DNA of 64,000 nucleotides from Elusimicrobiota bacterium (GCA_044221725.1 JBGAON010000003.1:160001-224000); one strand, 5' to 3'; shown: positions 22,563-31,479, counted from the stretch's first letter. Notes: generated from the sequence alone by a model not told the origin. Made by a program: numbers and translations.

Positions 22563-23501
22563 ATGAGAAAAACGAGTCTAATTTTGGCGGTGTTTATGGT
22601 TTTTCCGGCTATCAGCGAAACACACGCTTGGAGCTGGGATTCTCCCGAAAATGTGATGCCCACATTGCGAGACGATCTCGACCGAGAAATTGCGGCGTAC
22701 CGTCAGCAGGTTTTAAACGGAATGGCTGTGCACGACCGGATCATCGCGCTCGACCGGCTAATTGACAACTACAAACCAATGGGAATAAATGTCGCCGAGC
22801 TTGAAACCGAACGGTCCCGCCTTGTGCTTGAAGAAAAACAGCAACAGTTGCGCACCTCTCAAGCTCAGGATCAAGCGACCATTCTTTTTGAACGCGGTGT
22901 TTCCGAGTACAAAGAAGGTCAATACGAAACCGCGCGTCAAACATTCCTCGAAGCCGAACGTCTTCTCCCTCAAGATTCTGCGATTAAGGAAACGCGTCGA
23001 CGATTGTCGAATGTGACGCCAATTCTCGAAGTCGAAGTCGGAGCCGGAAAAGATTCCCAGCTCATCCGTCTCGCGGTGACTCGTTATCTTGAAAACGATC
23101 CAAAGAGAGCGCTGAACGCATTGATTTACGCAAACGATAAAAAAATAGCGCGACCTGAAATTCCACGTCTTCGTCGTCTCATTGAAACCGATCATCCCGA
23201 AATCGAACCGCCGGCACTTCCAGCCGGTTTGTCGCTCGTGGATCACAAGTTGCAACTCACGCTCGAGGCGATTTACGACGGACGCTACCTGTCGGCCATC
23301 ACCGAGTGCACCGATGTTCTCGATTTGGAACCGACCAACGTAATGGCGCTTACGCGACTGGGGTCCGCTTATTTTGCCATGAACGAGCGCGAGAAAGCCA
23401 AGCAGATTTGGACGAAAGCGCTGCAATATGATCCGAACAACGAAGTTCTGAGAAAATTCTTGTATGGCTCAAAAGGATCTTCCCGTGTTGAAACGCGTTA
23501 A
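22563..23501 (+). CDS. secreted TPR-repeat protein
   Basis: Signal-peptide-like N-terminus (MRKTSLILAVF..THA); TPR-like helices (FERGVSEYKEGQYETA, ALTRLGSAYFAM..KAKQIWTKALQYDP). Confidence 0.75.
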   Translation: MRKTSLILAVFMVFPAISETHAWSWDSPENVMPTLRDDLDREIAAYRQQVLNGMAVHDRIIALDRLIDNYKPMGINVAELETERSRLVLEEKQQQLRTSQAQDQATILFERGVSEYKEGQYETARQTFLEAERLLPQDSAIKETRRRLSNVTPILEVEVGAGKDSQLIRLAVTRYLENDPKRALNALIYANDKKIARPEIPRLRRLIETDHPEIEPPALPAGLSLVDHKLQLTLEAIYDGRYLSAITECTDVLDLEPTNVMALTRLGSAYFAMNEREKAKQIWTKALQYDPNNEVLRKFLYGSKGSSRVETR

Positions 23502-25194
23502 CCAATATCTTCTGTTCATCGTTTTTTCCGCTGTCGTTCTGCTTGGCGGTTTTGCGAACGCCGAACTTTCGCTCGATAGCGAACGCCTGGATCTTGAAAT
23601 GAGAATGCAAAAGCGCGTGGAAGAAGCGCTTGGAAAAATTTTGCCGGAGGGGCAGTTCGTTGTCGTTATTCGCGTGGAGCCACTCGCCATTAAAGAATCC
23701 ACAAGCAAGAACGAGAAAGACGACAACGGTTTTTATCTGCCCGGTGTGCCCGTGAAAAAAAGTTTCGACTCGACCGGTGAGCAAATGCAAAACCTCGTCG
23801 ACACGCTAAAACCTGAATCAAAAATTTTCCAGCGTTTCATCAAACGCATCCAAGTCACCCTCGTTCTCGATCAGGCGACGGCGGATGATGTTGTGTCGAA
23901 GGTGCGCGAGCTCACGCGTCAAATGCTCAGTCTTGATTCCGAACGGGGCGATACGCTTGATATTCAGAAAACTGCGTTTTCGAAACCCACCGAGGTTCAA
24001 CTTTCGCCAACCGGAATTCTTAAATTGCAGAAAGACTTAAAAAATTACTGGCTGCTCATTCTCCTTGTGCTTGTTATTTTCTGCATCATCGTTTTTTTCT
24101 TGTTCATGTTTGGGCCGCTTCGCGGTTTCTTGAACAACTTCGTGCAAATCTTACCGACGCTCAAATCACAGGAAGCGGCGCGCGTCCGCATGGAGATGCC
24201 ATTTATTCCACCGTACATGAATCCGTACGGTTTGCCGGGACCGAACGGTCCCACCGTGGCCGCAGGAAATGCGGCGTTCTCAGGTTCGTTGCAAGTTGAG
24301 AATCCCAACAAAACCATCCTGCCGTTCGGATTTATTCGGGAAGATCATCTCGGAAATTTGGCAATTTTGTTGGCGCGTGAAGTGCCCGAAAAAGCGGCTG
24401 TCGTGCTCGGCTATTTGCCCCCCGATTGGATCAGCCGTGTACTGGCGCGTTTGGATCAGACAATGCAGTCGGATATTGCTGCTCATCTCGCTACAACCCG
24501 GCAGCTTCTCCCGGAACAAGTGGAAGACATCGAGCAGGATTTAAAACGCCGGCTCGATTATCTCGTGGGCGGGCCGGACCGCATCTTCGCGATTTATGAA
24601 TCACTCGAGCCTGAGGGGCAGAAGCGAATGCTCGATAGTCTTAAGGAATCACGCCCCGAAATTGTCGAAGAGCTTCGGCAACGAACGCTTTTGTTTGAGG
24701 ATCTTGAGCGCTTGGATTCGCCCGCGCTCAAATCTGTTTTGCGTGAAGTGGATTTGCAAACGATTGTGACCAGCTTGAAAGGCGTTACGGAGTCCTTCAA
24801 GACCCGCATCTTGGAACACATGTCCGAGGGCAAGGCAGAGATCGTAAGGCAAGAGCTTGACCTGAGCGACGCCAACGCCGTCGGAAAAGCCACGATGGAA
24901 GCGCAGCGTAAAGTGGTGCTTTTGGCCAAACGCCTTGAGCGCGAGGGACACATCCATATCCCGCACGTGACCGAGGGCGCCCCGCCAACGCGGTTCGGCC
25001 CATCGTTGCGTTCGACGCTCAAGTTGCCACCGGGGCTCAAGATTGACGATACCCTTCCGGTCGAACCGATTTCTTCGGAAACTCCGGCTCCGAAGGACAA
25101 CATCCAAGACCGTATTCGCAAATTTATTAGCCGACGCAACGACGATCGGGCCGAAAGATACCCGACCGACAAGCCGCCAAAAGATAGGAGATAA
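23464..25194 (+). CDS. membrane protein fusing a FliF-like ring-building domain to FliG middle and C-terminal domains
   Basis: N-terminal hydrophobic segment; FliF-RBM3-like IKRIQVTLVLD..LSLDSERGDTLDI..F; TM at about 24046-24115; FliG-M-like EVPEKAAVVLGYL; GG linker; FliG-C-like LFEDLERLD..VLREVD..HMSE; start could be 23485/23488. Confidence 0.75.
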   Translation: MAQKDLPVLKRVNQYLLFIVFSAVVLLGGFANAELSLDSERLDLEMRMQKRVEEALGKILPEGQFVVVIRVEPLAIKESTSKNEKDDNGFYLPGVPVKKSFDSTGEQMQNLVDTLKPESKIFQRFIKRIQVTLVLDQATADDVVSKVRELTRQMLSLDSERGDTLDIQKTAFSKPTEVQLSPTGILKLQKDLKNYWLLILLVLVIFCIIVFFLFMFGPLRGFLNNFVQILPTLKSQEAARVRMEMPFIPPYMNPYGLPGPNGPTVAAGNAAFSGSLQVENPNKTILPFGFIREDHLGNLAILLAREVPEKAAVVLGYLPPDWISRVLARLDQTMQSDIAAHLATTRQLLPEQVEDIEQDLKRRLDYLVGGPDRIFAIYESLEPEGQKRMLDSLKESRPEIVEELRQRTLLFEDLERLDSPALKSVLREVDLQTIVTSLKGVTESFKTRILEHMSEGKAEIVRQELDLSDANAVGKATMEAQRKVVLLAKRLEREGHIHIPHVTEGAPPTRFGPSLRSTLKLPPGLKIDDTLPVEPISSETPAPKDNIQDRIRKFISRRNDDRAERYPTDKPPKDRR

Positions 25195-25196
25195 CC

Positions 25197-25982
25197 ATGG
25201 ATTTGATGACGCTTCTCGGATGGGTCGTGGGTCTTGGAGCCATTGGATGGGTCCTTCAAGAAGGTGGCACCATTCACTTTTTTGTGAACGTTCGTGCGAT
25301 TGTGTTGGTGTTCGGCGGAACTTTTGGCGCAACGCTGATCACCTATCCGTGGGGAATTTTGAAGCGCATGCCGTCGTCACTTCTTTATTTCATATTCCCT
25401 GGACGTCGCGAGTCGGCGGACAGTTTGATGTCGCGCTTGTTGGCGTTGTCGAATCGCGCGCGTCGGACCGGCATGGAGAGCCTTGATCTCGACATGCGCG
25501 GCACACGCGATCATTTTCTCGCGAATGGTTTAAAAATGATTGCCGACGGATTGCCGCCAAACGTGGTTCGTTCGAATCTCGAGAAGGAAATTTATTTCAT
25601 TCGCTTGCGGCACGCCGAAATTTCAAACGTCTTTAGAAATATGGCCACGTACGCGCCCATTTTTGGTTTGCTGGGAACCTTGGTGGGCGTGGTCGAAGTC
25701 ATGCTAAATCTAACGGATCCGCGCACGATGGGCATGCACATGGCTGTCGCGATGACCGCCACGTTCTACGGAATTTTCGGCGCAAACTTTTTGTTTCTGC
25801 CGGTCGCTGGGAAGCTGCAATCTTATTCGGAGCAAGAAATCTTTCTTAAAGAAGTAACGATCGAAGGAATCTTGTCCATTCAGCGCCAAGAAGTTCCGGC
25901 CATCTTAACCCGTCGCCTGGAGTCCTATCTGAATCGGCGCAGCCGTACACGTATCGCCGATGAACGGAGAGACGCCGCTTGA
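25197..25982 (+). CDS. MotA-family stator A subunit
   Basis: IVLVFGGTFGA, RARRTGMESLD, APIFGLLGTLVG, ATFYG..ANFLFLPVAGKL, EGILSIQ. Confidence 0.9.
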   Translation: MDLMTLLGWVVGLGAIGWVLQEGGTIHFFVNVRAIVLVFGGTFGATLITYPWGILKRMPSSLLYFIFPGRRESADSLMSRLLALSNRARRTGMESLDLDMRGTRDHFLANGLKMIADGLPPNVVRSNLEKEIYFIRLRHAEISNVFRNMATYAPIFGLLGTLVGVVEVMLNLTDPRTMGMHMAVAMTATFYGIFGANFLFLPVAGKLQSYSEQEIFLKEVTIEGILSIQRQEVPAILTRRLESYLNRRSRTRIADERRDAA

Positions 25983-26635
25983 TTCATCGATTGATTCGTT
26001 TCAAAAACGATTCCCGACTCGAAACTATTTGGCTTACGATTTACGCGGATCTCATCACGAACATGATGCTGGTTTTCCTTGCGTTGTACGGATTAACTGT
26101 AATGGGAGATGACGCGCTCACACGTGCGGTTCAGTCGATGAGCTTGAACGATATTTACTCAATGAAGGAAACCAATCTTGATTTTTCTGATATCGCGCCG
26201 GCCTTGCGGCAGAAATTCAAGCAGCAAGCCGATATAAAGATTACCGAGGAAGTGGGTGTGGTGCACATTGAATTTGGGGAACAAATTCTTTTTGATTCCG
26301 GTCGGGCTGTGCCAAAAGGAAGCGCGATCGAGCCGGTCAGAGTGGTTGCCGATCTGATTAAACCGTTGCCGCACACCATTGTCGTTGAAGGACACACGGA
26401 CTCCAGTCCGTTGCAGCACGGAAATGGTTATCGCGACAATTACGAGCTCTCATTGGCGCGCTCAATGTCCATCGTTAATCTCCTGATCGCCGACGGTATT
26501 CCCGCGGATCAAATTGCCGCGGCTGCGTATGGCGAATATCGTCCGCGGGCTTCCAATAGCACGGCGTTGGGGCGTGGCGTCAATCGTCGGGTGGAGATCG
26601 CACTCTTTAAGGATTTCGGTTATGTCCATCGATGA
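25979..26635 (+). CDS. MotB-family stator B subunit 1 (TM plus OmpA-like peptidoglycan-binding domain)
   Basis: WLTIYADL TM helix with conserved Asp; LFDSG, VEGHTD, NYELSLARS, NRRVEI. Confidence 0.88.
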   Translation: MIHRLIRFKNDSRLETIWLTIYADLITNMMLVFLALYGLTVMGDDALTRAVQSMSLNDIYSMKETNLDFSDIAPALRQKFKQQADIKITEEVGVVHIEFGEQILFDSGRAVPKGSAIEPVRVVADLIKPLPHTIVVEGHTDSSPLQHGNGYRDNYELSLARSMSIVNLLIADGIPADQIAAAAYGEYRPRASNSTALGRGVNRRVEIALFKDFGYVHR

Positions 26636-27338
26636 GAACGAAGAGGGATTAGGGGCGTCCGAGCCGCTTCCTCTGTTTGAGGAAGACGACGCAGACGCGC
26701 ATGCGTCCGAAGCCGGTGAGGACGTTGACTCAGAATACATTCTGCGACGGCAACAGCCCGAGCGTCGAGCTCCGCGCCAACTTTGGCTCATTTCCTATTC
26801 GGACTTTATGACAATCCTTATGATTTTCTTTCTCGCAATGTACGGTTATACGTATCTTGCCAAGGCCGCTCTGTTAAAGAATGAAAAGAAAATTTCGAAT
26901 TACTCGCAGTTCACGACGCAGATACAAGAATTGCAGAAATCGCTCGGCAGTCAGCTACGAGTTCAAAACGACGTGGACAAAATCGTGATACAGCTCAGCG
27001 ACAAAATTCTTTTTGCCAGCGGCAGCGCCTCCGTCGAACCGGCCGCCGGGCCCACACTTGAAGAATTGGCCAATTCAATTAAGCTGGTGGACGGTGACGT
27101 CATCGTTCAAGGCCACACCGACAATGTTCCGATTCGTGGCGGTCGTTACAGGTCGAATTGGGAATTGTCAACGGCCCGAGCGTTTTCAGTAATCAAAAGA
27201 TTAACCGAGGCGGGCGTGCCCGCGCAGCGTCTGGCCGCGTGGGGACTTGGAGAGAACAGGCCGATCACGGACAATTTAACGCCCGAGCATCGCGCCGAGA
27301 ACAGACGCATTGAAGTCGTGATTTTGAAGAAGAAGTAA
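26622..27338 (+). CDS. MotB-family stator B subunit 2
   Basis: WLISYSDFMT TM helix with conserved Asp; LFASG, QGHTD, NWELSTARA, NRRIEV; acidic N-terminal tail. Confidence 0.88.
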   Translation: MSIDENEEGLGASEPLPLFEEDDADAHASEAGEDVDSEYILRRQQPERRAPRQLWLISYSDFMTILMIFFLAMYGYTYLAKAALLKNEKKISNYSQFTTQIQELQKSLGSQLRVQNDVDKIVIQLSDKILFASGSASVEPAAGPTLEELANSIKLVDGDVIVQGHTDNVPIRGGRYRSNWELSTARAFSVIKRLTEAGVPAQRLAAWGLGENRPITDNLTPEHRAENRRIEVVILKKK

Positions 27339-27349
27339 AAAGGGGAATT

Positions 27350-28354
27350 ATGGCCGGTGAGCGCATCCTTATAATAGATGACGATGAGCAAGTCGCTTCC
27401 TATTGTCGTTTGGCGTTCACGCTGGCCGGATACCAGGTGGAGTGGATTAAAGACGGGCGCCAGGCGGTGCAGAAAGTGCGTGAAATGATTCCCGACGCCG
27501 TCATTCTCGATTTGAAGTTGCCCGGCATAAACGGTTTCCGAATTTGCGAACAACTTCGCTTGGAGCCTCAGACGCGCGCGATCCCTATTATCGTCGTGAG
27601 CGGCAGCTGGAAAGATTCGCAGGATCGCATTCGTTCGATCGAGGTCGGCGCCGATGATTTTCTCACAAAGCCGTTTGACGCCGAAGAACTGATTGCGCGG
27701 ATCAAACGCATGTTGCAGCGAAAGAAAGTTGATATGGGGCACAACCCGCTCACGGGTCTTCCCGGAAATCTTGCCATCGAAGAAGAGGCGCGGCGCCGGC
27801 TTGCACGGAAAGATCCGCTCGCGTTCGCGTATATCGACCTCGACAATTTCAAAGCCTACAACGATGTGTATGGCGTAAAACAAGGCGACAAAGTTATTCG
27901 ATTGCTAGCCGACTTGTTGGTCCAAGCCACGAAGCGGTGGGGAAATCAGGACGATTTCATTGGCCATGTTGGCGGAGACGATTTTATCGGAATGACAACG
28001 CCGGACAAAGCGCAAGCCGTGTTCGAATGGATTGCCAAGCGCTTCGACGAACGGATTGCCGCCTATTATTCGGAAGCCGATTTAAAAGCGGGTTGTATCA
28101 CGGCCAAAGACCGTCAAGGAAACGTGAAGAAATTCCGATTCGTTTCTGCTTCGATCGTTTATTTGACCGACAAAAACATTGAGACGAATCAATACCCGTT
28201 ATTGATTCAGGCGCTCACCGAAATGAAAGGATTTGTTAAACACACCATGGAACGCAAAGGCGGAAGCGTCGTGTTTCGGGATCGGCGTAGCACCGAAGAG
28301 CCGCCATCCAAAACGATTTCTGCCCCGATTCCAAAAACAAAACCCGCCGCTTAG
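27350..28354 (+). CDS. response regulator with GGDEF-like (GGDDF) output domain
   Basis: REC domain (DDD, ILDL, KPF) followed by NPLTGLPGN, DLDNFKAYND.YG, GHVGGDDF. Confidence 0.9.
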   Translation: MAGERILIIDDDEQVASYCRLAFTLAGYQVEWIKDGRQAVQKVREMIPDAVILDLKLPGINGFRICEQLRLEPQTRAIPIIVVSGSWKDSQDRIRSIEVGADDFLTKPFDAEELIARIKRMLQRKKVDMGHNPLTGLPGNLAIEEEARRRLARKDPLAFAYIDLDNFKAYNDVYGVKQGDKVIRLLADLLVQATKRWGNQDDFIGHVGGDDFIGMTTPDKAQAVFEWIAKRFDERIAAYYSEADLKAGCITAKDRQGNVKKFRFVSASIVYLTDKNIETNQYPLLIQALTEMKGFVKHTMERKGGSVVFRDRRSTEEPPSKTISAPIPKTKPAA

Positions 28355-28383
28355 TTTTCGAATACCTTCTGAAAAAAAGTTGT

Positions 28384-28412
28384 TTGACTCCCCACATGCC
28401 TTTTGTTATATA
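28384..28412 (+). promoter_or_regulatory. sigma70-type promoter for the tRNA-tuf operon
   Basis: TTGACT, 17 bp spacer, TGn-TATATA, with an A-tract upstream. Confidence 0.55.
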
Positions 28413-28523
28413 GCTCACCGACCCCAGTTTCATCCTCGTCAACCTGCACCCCAGCACCTCGGAACAGGCTTCAAATCAGACGGGATTTTATTGTTTGGGA
28501 AGGGGTGGCTGCATCTGAAATTT

Positions 28524-28594
28524 GCGGGTGTGGTTCAATGGTAGAACGCGAGCCTTCCAAGCTTGAGACGTGGGTTCGATTCCCATCACCCGCT
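28524..28594 (+). tRNA. tRNA-Gly(TCC), CCA not encoded
   Basis: Acceptor stem GCGGGTG/CACCCGC; anticodon arm CGAGC-CT TCC AA-GCTTG; GTTCGA T-loop. Confidence 0.95.
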
Positions 28595-28597
28595 AAC

Positions 28598-28670
28598 GCT
28601 GGGGTAGCTCAGTTGGTAGAGCACGTCCTTGGTAAGGACGAGGTCGGCAGTTCGATCCTGCTCCCCAGCT
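28598..28670 (+). tRNA. tRNA-Thr(GGT), CCA not encoded
   Basis: Acceptor stem GCTGGGG/CCCCAGC; anticodon arm CGTCC-TT GGT AA-GGACG; standard position before tuf. Confidence 0.95.
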
Positions 28671-28695
28671 GATTTTTAATTTTTTTTATTTTTGC

Positions 28696-28723
28696 AGCTT
28701 AAAGCTCATGGCTTAAAGCTTAT
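28696..28723. repeat. four degenerate heptamer tandem repeats (AGCTTAA AGCTCAT GGCTTAA AGCTTAT)
   Basis: Read directly; immediately upstream of the tuf RBS. Confidence 0.7.
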
Positions 28724-28741
28724 TTCAAGGAGGCAGAAGCA

Positions 28742-29935
28742 ATGTCGAAAGCAAAGTTCGAGCGAACAAAACCGCATATGAACGTGGGAACCATCGGTCA
28801 CGTTGACCATGGAAAGACCACATTGACCACATCGATCCTCAAAGTTTTGTCCAAACAAGGAAAAGCGCAAGAGAAAGCCTATGCGGATATTGCAAAAGGC
28901 GGAACGGTTCGCGACGATTCAAAGATCGTGACGATCGCTGTCTCGCACGTTGAATACGAATCCGATAAACGGCACTACGCGCACATTGACTGCCCCGGTC
29001 ACGCTGATTACATTAAAAATATGATCACGGGCGCCGCCCAGATGGACGGTGGAATTCTCGTTGTGAGCGCTGCTGATGGACCCATGCCGCAAACCCGCGA
29101 ACACATTCTTCTCGCCCGCCAAGTGAACGTTCCAAACCTCGTGGTCTTCTTGAACAAGTGCGACCTCGTGGACGATCCGGAACTCTTGAACCTCGTTGAA
29201 CTCGAAATTCGTGAATTGCTCACGAAGTACGAATTCCCTGGCGATAAAATTGAAATCATTCATGGCAGCGCAACGAAAGCTCTCGCCGGCGATACCAGCG
29301 AGCTCGGTGAGCCGTCAATCCTGAAGCTTATGGCCGCGCTCGACAAATTCCCAGAGCCGCAGCGTGAAGTTGATAAACCCTTCCTTATGTCCGTCGAAGA
29401 CGTGTTCTCGATCACGGGTCGTGGAACCGTCGCAACGGGTCGCGTGGAACGCGGAAAACTCAAAGTGGGCGATAACGTTGAAATCGTTGGGTTGCAAGAA
29501 ACCCGCAAATCGGTTGCCACCGGTATCGAAATGTTCCGCAAACTCATGGACGAAACGATCGCTGGCGACAACGTCGGTGTTCTTCTCCGTGGTATTGAAA
29601 AAGATCAAATTGAGCGCGGACAAGTGTTGGCGGCTCCCGGCAGCATCACGCCCCACATCAAATTCAAAGGCGAAGTTTACGTGTTGAGCAAAGAAGAAGG
29701 CGGACGTCACACCCCGTTCTTCAACAACTATCGGCCGCAGTTCTACGTTCGTACCACGGACGTAACCGGCAGCGTGAAACTTCCGGCAGGCACCGAAATG
29801 GTGATGCCTGGCGACAACGTGACGATCGAAGTTGATTTGTTAACGCCCGTGGCGCTTGAAAAAGGTGTTCGCTTCGCTATCCGCGAAGGTGGACACACGG
29901 TGGGCGCTGGCGTCGTTACCGAAATTCTGAAATAA
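28742..29935 (+). CDS. tuf: elongation factor Tu
   Basis: [29 protein letters not shown]. Confidence 0.98.
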   Translation: MSKAKFERTKPHMNVGTIGHVDHGKTTLTTSILKVLSKQGKAQEKAYADIAKGGTVRDDSKIVTIAVSHVEYESDKRHYAHIDCPGHADYIKNMITGAAQMDGGILVVSAADGPMPQTREHILLARQVNVPNLVVFLNKCDLVDDPELLNLVELEIRELLTKYEFPGDKIEIIHGSATKALAGDTSELGEPSILKLMAALDKFPEPQREVDKPFLMSVEDVFSITGRGTVATGRVERGKLKVGDNVEIVGLQETRKSVATGIEMFRKLMDETIAGDNVGVLLRGIEKDQIERGQVLAAPGSITPHIKFKGEVYVLSKEEGGRHTPFFNNYRPQFYVRTTDVTGSVKLPAGTEMVMPGDNVTIEVDLLTPVALEKGVRFAIREGGHTVGAGVVTEILK

Positions 29936-29968
29936 GCGAAAAAGGAACAGGTTTAGAGAGAGGCTCTT

Positions 29969-30133
29969 ATGGCGACAGGAAGAAACGTTGTTGGACTCAA
30001 ATGCACGGAAACCGGCATCATTAATTATTACTACGAACGTGGTAAGAAGAAAGGTGACCGCGCAAAAATTGAGGTCAAGAAGTTCTCCCCGCGTTTGCGC
30101 AAGCACACCATCCATAAAGAGGTCAAGCTCTAA
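29969..30133 (+). CDS. rpmG: 50S ribosomal protein L33 (not in ORF track, 54 aa)
   Basis: Translates to MATGRNVVGLKCTETGIINYYYERGKKKGDRAKIEVKKFSPRLRKHTIHKEVKL; canonical tuf-rpmG-trnW-secE position. Confidence 0.9.
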   Translation: MATGRNVVGLKCTETGIINYYYERGKKKGDRAKIEVKKFSPRLRKHTIHKEVKL

Positions 30134-30137
30134 CCCC

Positions 30138-30208
30138 GGGAGTGTCGGTTAATGGCAAACCACCGGTCTCCAAAACCGGGACTGTAGGTTCAAGTCCTAC
30201 CACTCCCG
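30138..30208 (+). tRNA. tRNA-Trp(CCA), CCA end not encoded
   Basis: Acceptor stem GGGAGTG/CACTCCC; anticodon arm CCGGT-CT CCA AA-ACCGG; discriminator G. Confidence 0.93.
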
Positions 30209-30256
30209 TACCGATTCATCATGGAGATGGGACGGCGTTTAACCTGAAAAAATTCG

Positions 30257-30436
30257 ATGCAGACAATTATTGGTTTCTTTAAAGATTCCTGGGCTGAACT
30301 TAAGCAAGTTGCTTGGCTAACCGTTCCTCAGATGATTGCTTCCACCTGGATGGTCGTGATTCTTGTCATCATCATGGCGATATTTGTGGGGAGTATTGAT
30401 TTCGTTTTGTCTCGCGTGATGGGAGTATTGATTTAA
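30257..30436 (+). CDS. secE: preprotein translocase subunit SecE (not in ORF track, 59 aa)
   Basis: FFKDSWAELKQVAW followed by one TM helix; located between trnW and nusG. Confidence 0.9.
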   Translation: MQTIIGFFKDSWAELKQVAWLTVPQMIASTWMVVILVIIMAIFVGSIDFVLSRVMGVLI

Positions 30437-30439
30437 GAC

Positions 30440-30982
30440 ATGAGCGACAGCAACAGCAAACATTGGTATCTAATTCACACGTTTTCTGGGCACGAAGACC
30501 GTGTTCGATCGGGGATTGAAAAGTCCGCGGCGATCAAGGGGCTTGGTCAGCAGATTGCGGAAGTTGTTATTCCGACGGAAGAAGTCATTGAGCTAAAGAA
30601 GAATAAGAAACAAATTCGGCGCCGAAAATTTTTTCCAGGCTACGTGCTTGTGAACATGATTTCAAATAATGAGACGTGCTATTTGATTCGTAACACGCCG
30701 GGTGTCACCGGTTTTTTGGGTGGCTCGAATCCGATTCCGCTCACGCAGTCGGACGTTGACCGCATGATGGAATTGAACGCGACGCCGAAAACGAACAAGC
30801 CGCGGCCCGCCGTGGTGTTTGATCGCGGCGAAAACGTGCGTATCAATGAAGGTCCATTCCGGCATTTTGTTGGAACCGTCGAAGAAGTGAACGAAGATCG
30901 CGCGAAGCTCAAAGTGACGGTCAGTATTTTTGGACGTGCAACGCCGGTGGAACTGGACTATTTGCAGGTAGAAAAAGTTTAA
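30440..30982 (+). CDS. nusG: transcription termination/antitermination factor NusG
   Basis: [27 protein letters not shown] motif, [10 protein letters not shown]. Confidence 0.97.
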   Translation: MSDSNSKHWYLIHTFSGHEDRVRSGIEKSAAIKGLGQQIAEVVIPTEEVIELKKNKKQIRRRKFFPGYVLVNMISNNETCYLIRNTPGVTGFLGGSNPIPLTQSDVDRMMELNATPKTNKPRPAVVFDRGENVRINEGPFRHFVGTVEEVNEDRAKLKVTVSIFGRATPVELDYLQVEKV

Positions 30983-30994
30983 ATCAATTTAAAA

Positions 30995-31026
30995 TGGATC
31001 CTGGCTAAAAGCATGCCGGGATGACG
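30995..31026. repeat. REP-like imperfect palindrome TGGATCCTGGC-TAAAAGCAT-GCCGGGATGACG
   Basis: ATCCTGGC pairs with GCCGGGAT; resembles the GGAT..CC...GG.ATGAC class of intergenic palindromes; single copy in the window. Confidence 0.5.
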
Positions 31027-31046
31027 AACGGAGAGAGAAGAAGACA

Positions 31047-31478
31047 ATGGCAAAACAAGTTAAAGCAATGGTGAAGTTACAGATTCCAGCAGGAGGCGCG
31101 AACCCCGCTCCGCCCGTTGGTCCCGCGCTCGGTCAACACGGCGTGCAGATCATGGATTTCTGCAAACAATTTAACGAGAAGACGAAAAAATTTGAAGCCG
31201 GCATGATTATCCCAGCGGTGATCACCATCTTCACGGATCGTTCGTTTACATTTATCACGAAGATGCCGCCGGTTCCTGCGTTGCTGAAAAAAGCCGCCGG
31301 TCTTGCGAAAGCGTCGTCCAAGCCAAACAAGGACAAAGTGGGCAACATCAACAAAAAGCAACTCGAAGATATCGCAAAACAGAAAATGCCAGACTTGAAC
31401 ACGCGCGACATCGACGCGGCGATGCGAATGGTCGCAGGAACGGCTCGTTCCATGGGCATTACGGTCGAGGGTAAATAA
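31047..31478 (+). CDS. rplK: 50S ribosomal protein L11
   Basis: [28 protein letters not shown]. Confidence 0.98.
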   Translation: MAKQVKAMVKLQIPAGGANPAPPVGPALGQHGVQIMDFCKQFNEKTKKFEAGMIIPAVITIFTDRSFTFITKMPPVPALLKKAAGLAKASSKPNKDKVGNINKKQLEDIAKQKMPDLNTRDIDAAMRMVAGTARSMGITVEGK

Positions 31479-31479
31479 A

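Noticed and set aside
25197..27338. Zorya (ZorAB) or ExbBD/TolQR assignment
   Set aside because: MotA has no long ZorA tail and no zorC/D/E genes are present; the B subunits have OmpA-like domains and a FliG-like partner is adjacent
28413..28523. Possible tRNA-Tyr or other ncRNA upstream of tRNA-Gly
   Set aside because: No cloverleaf or TTC T-loop with stems; only weak pairing (CACCCC/GGGGTG); probably a transcript leader
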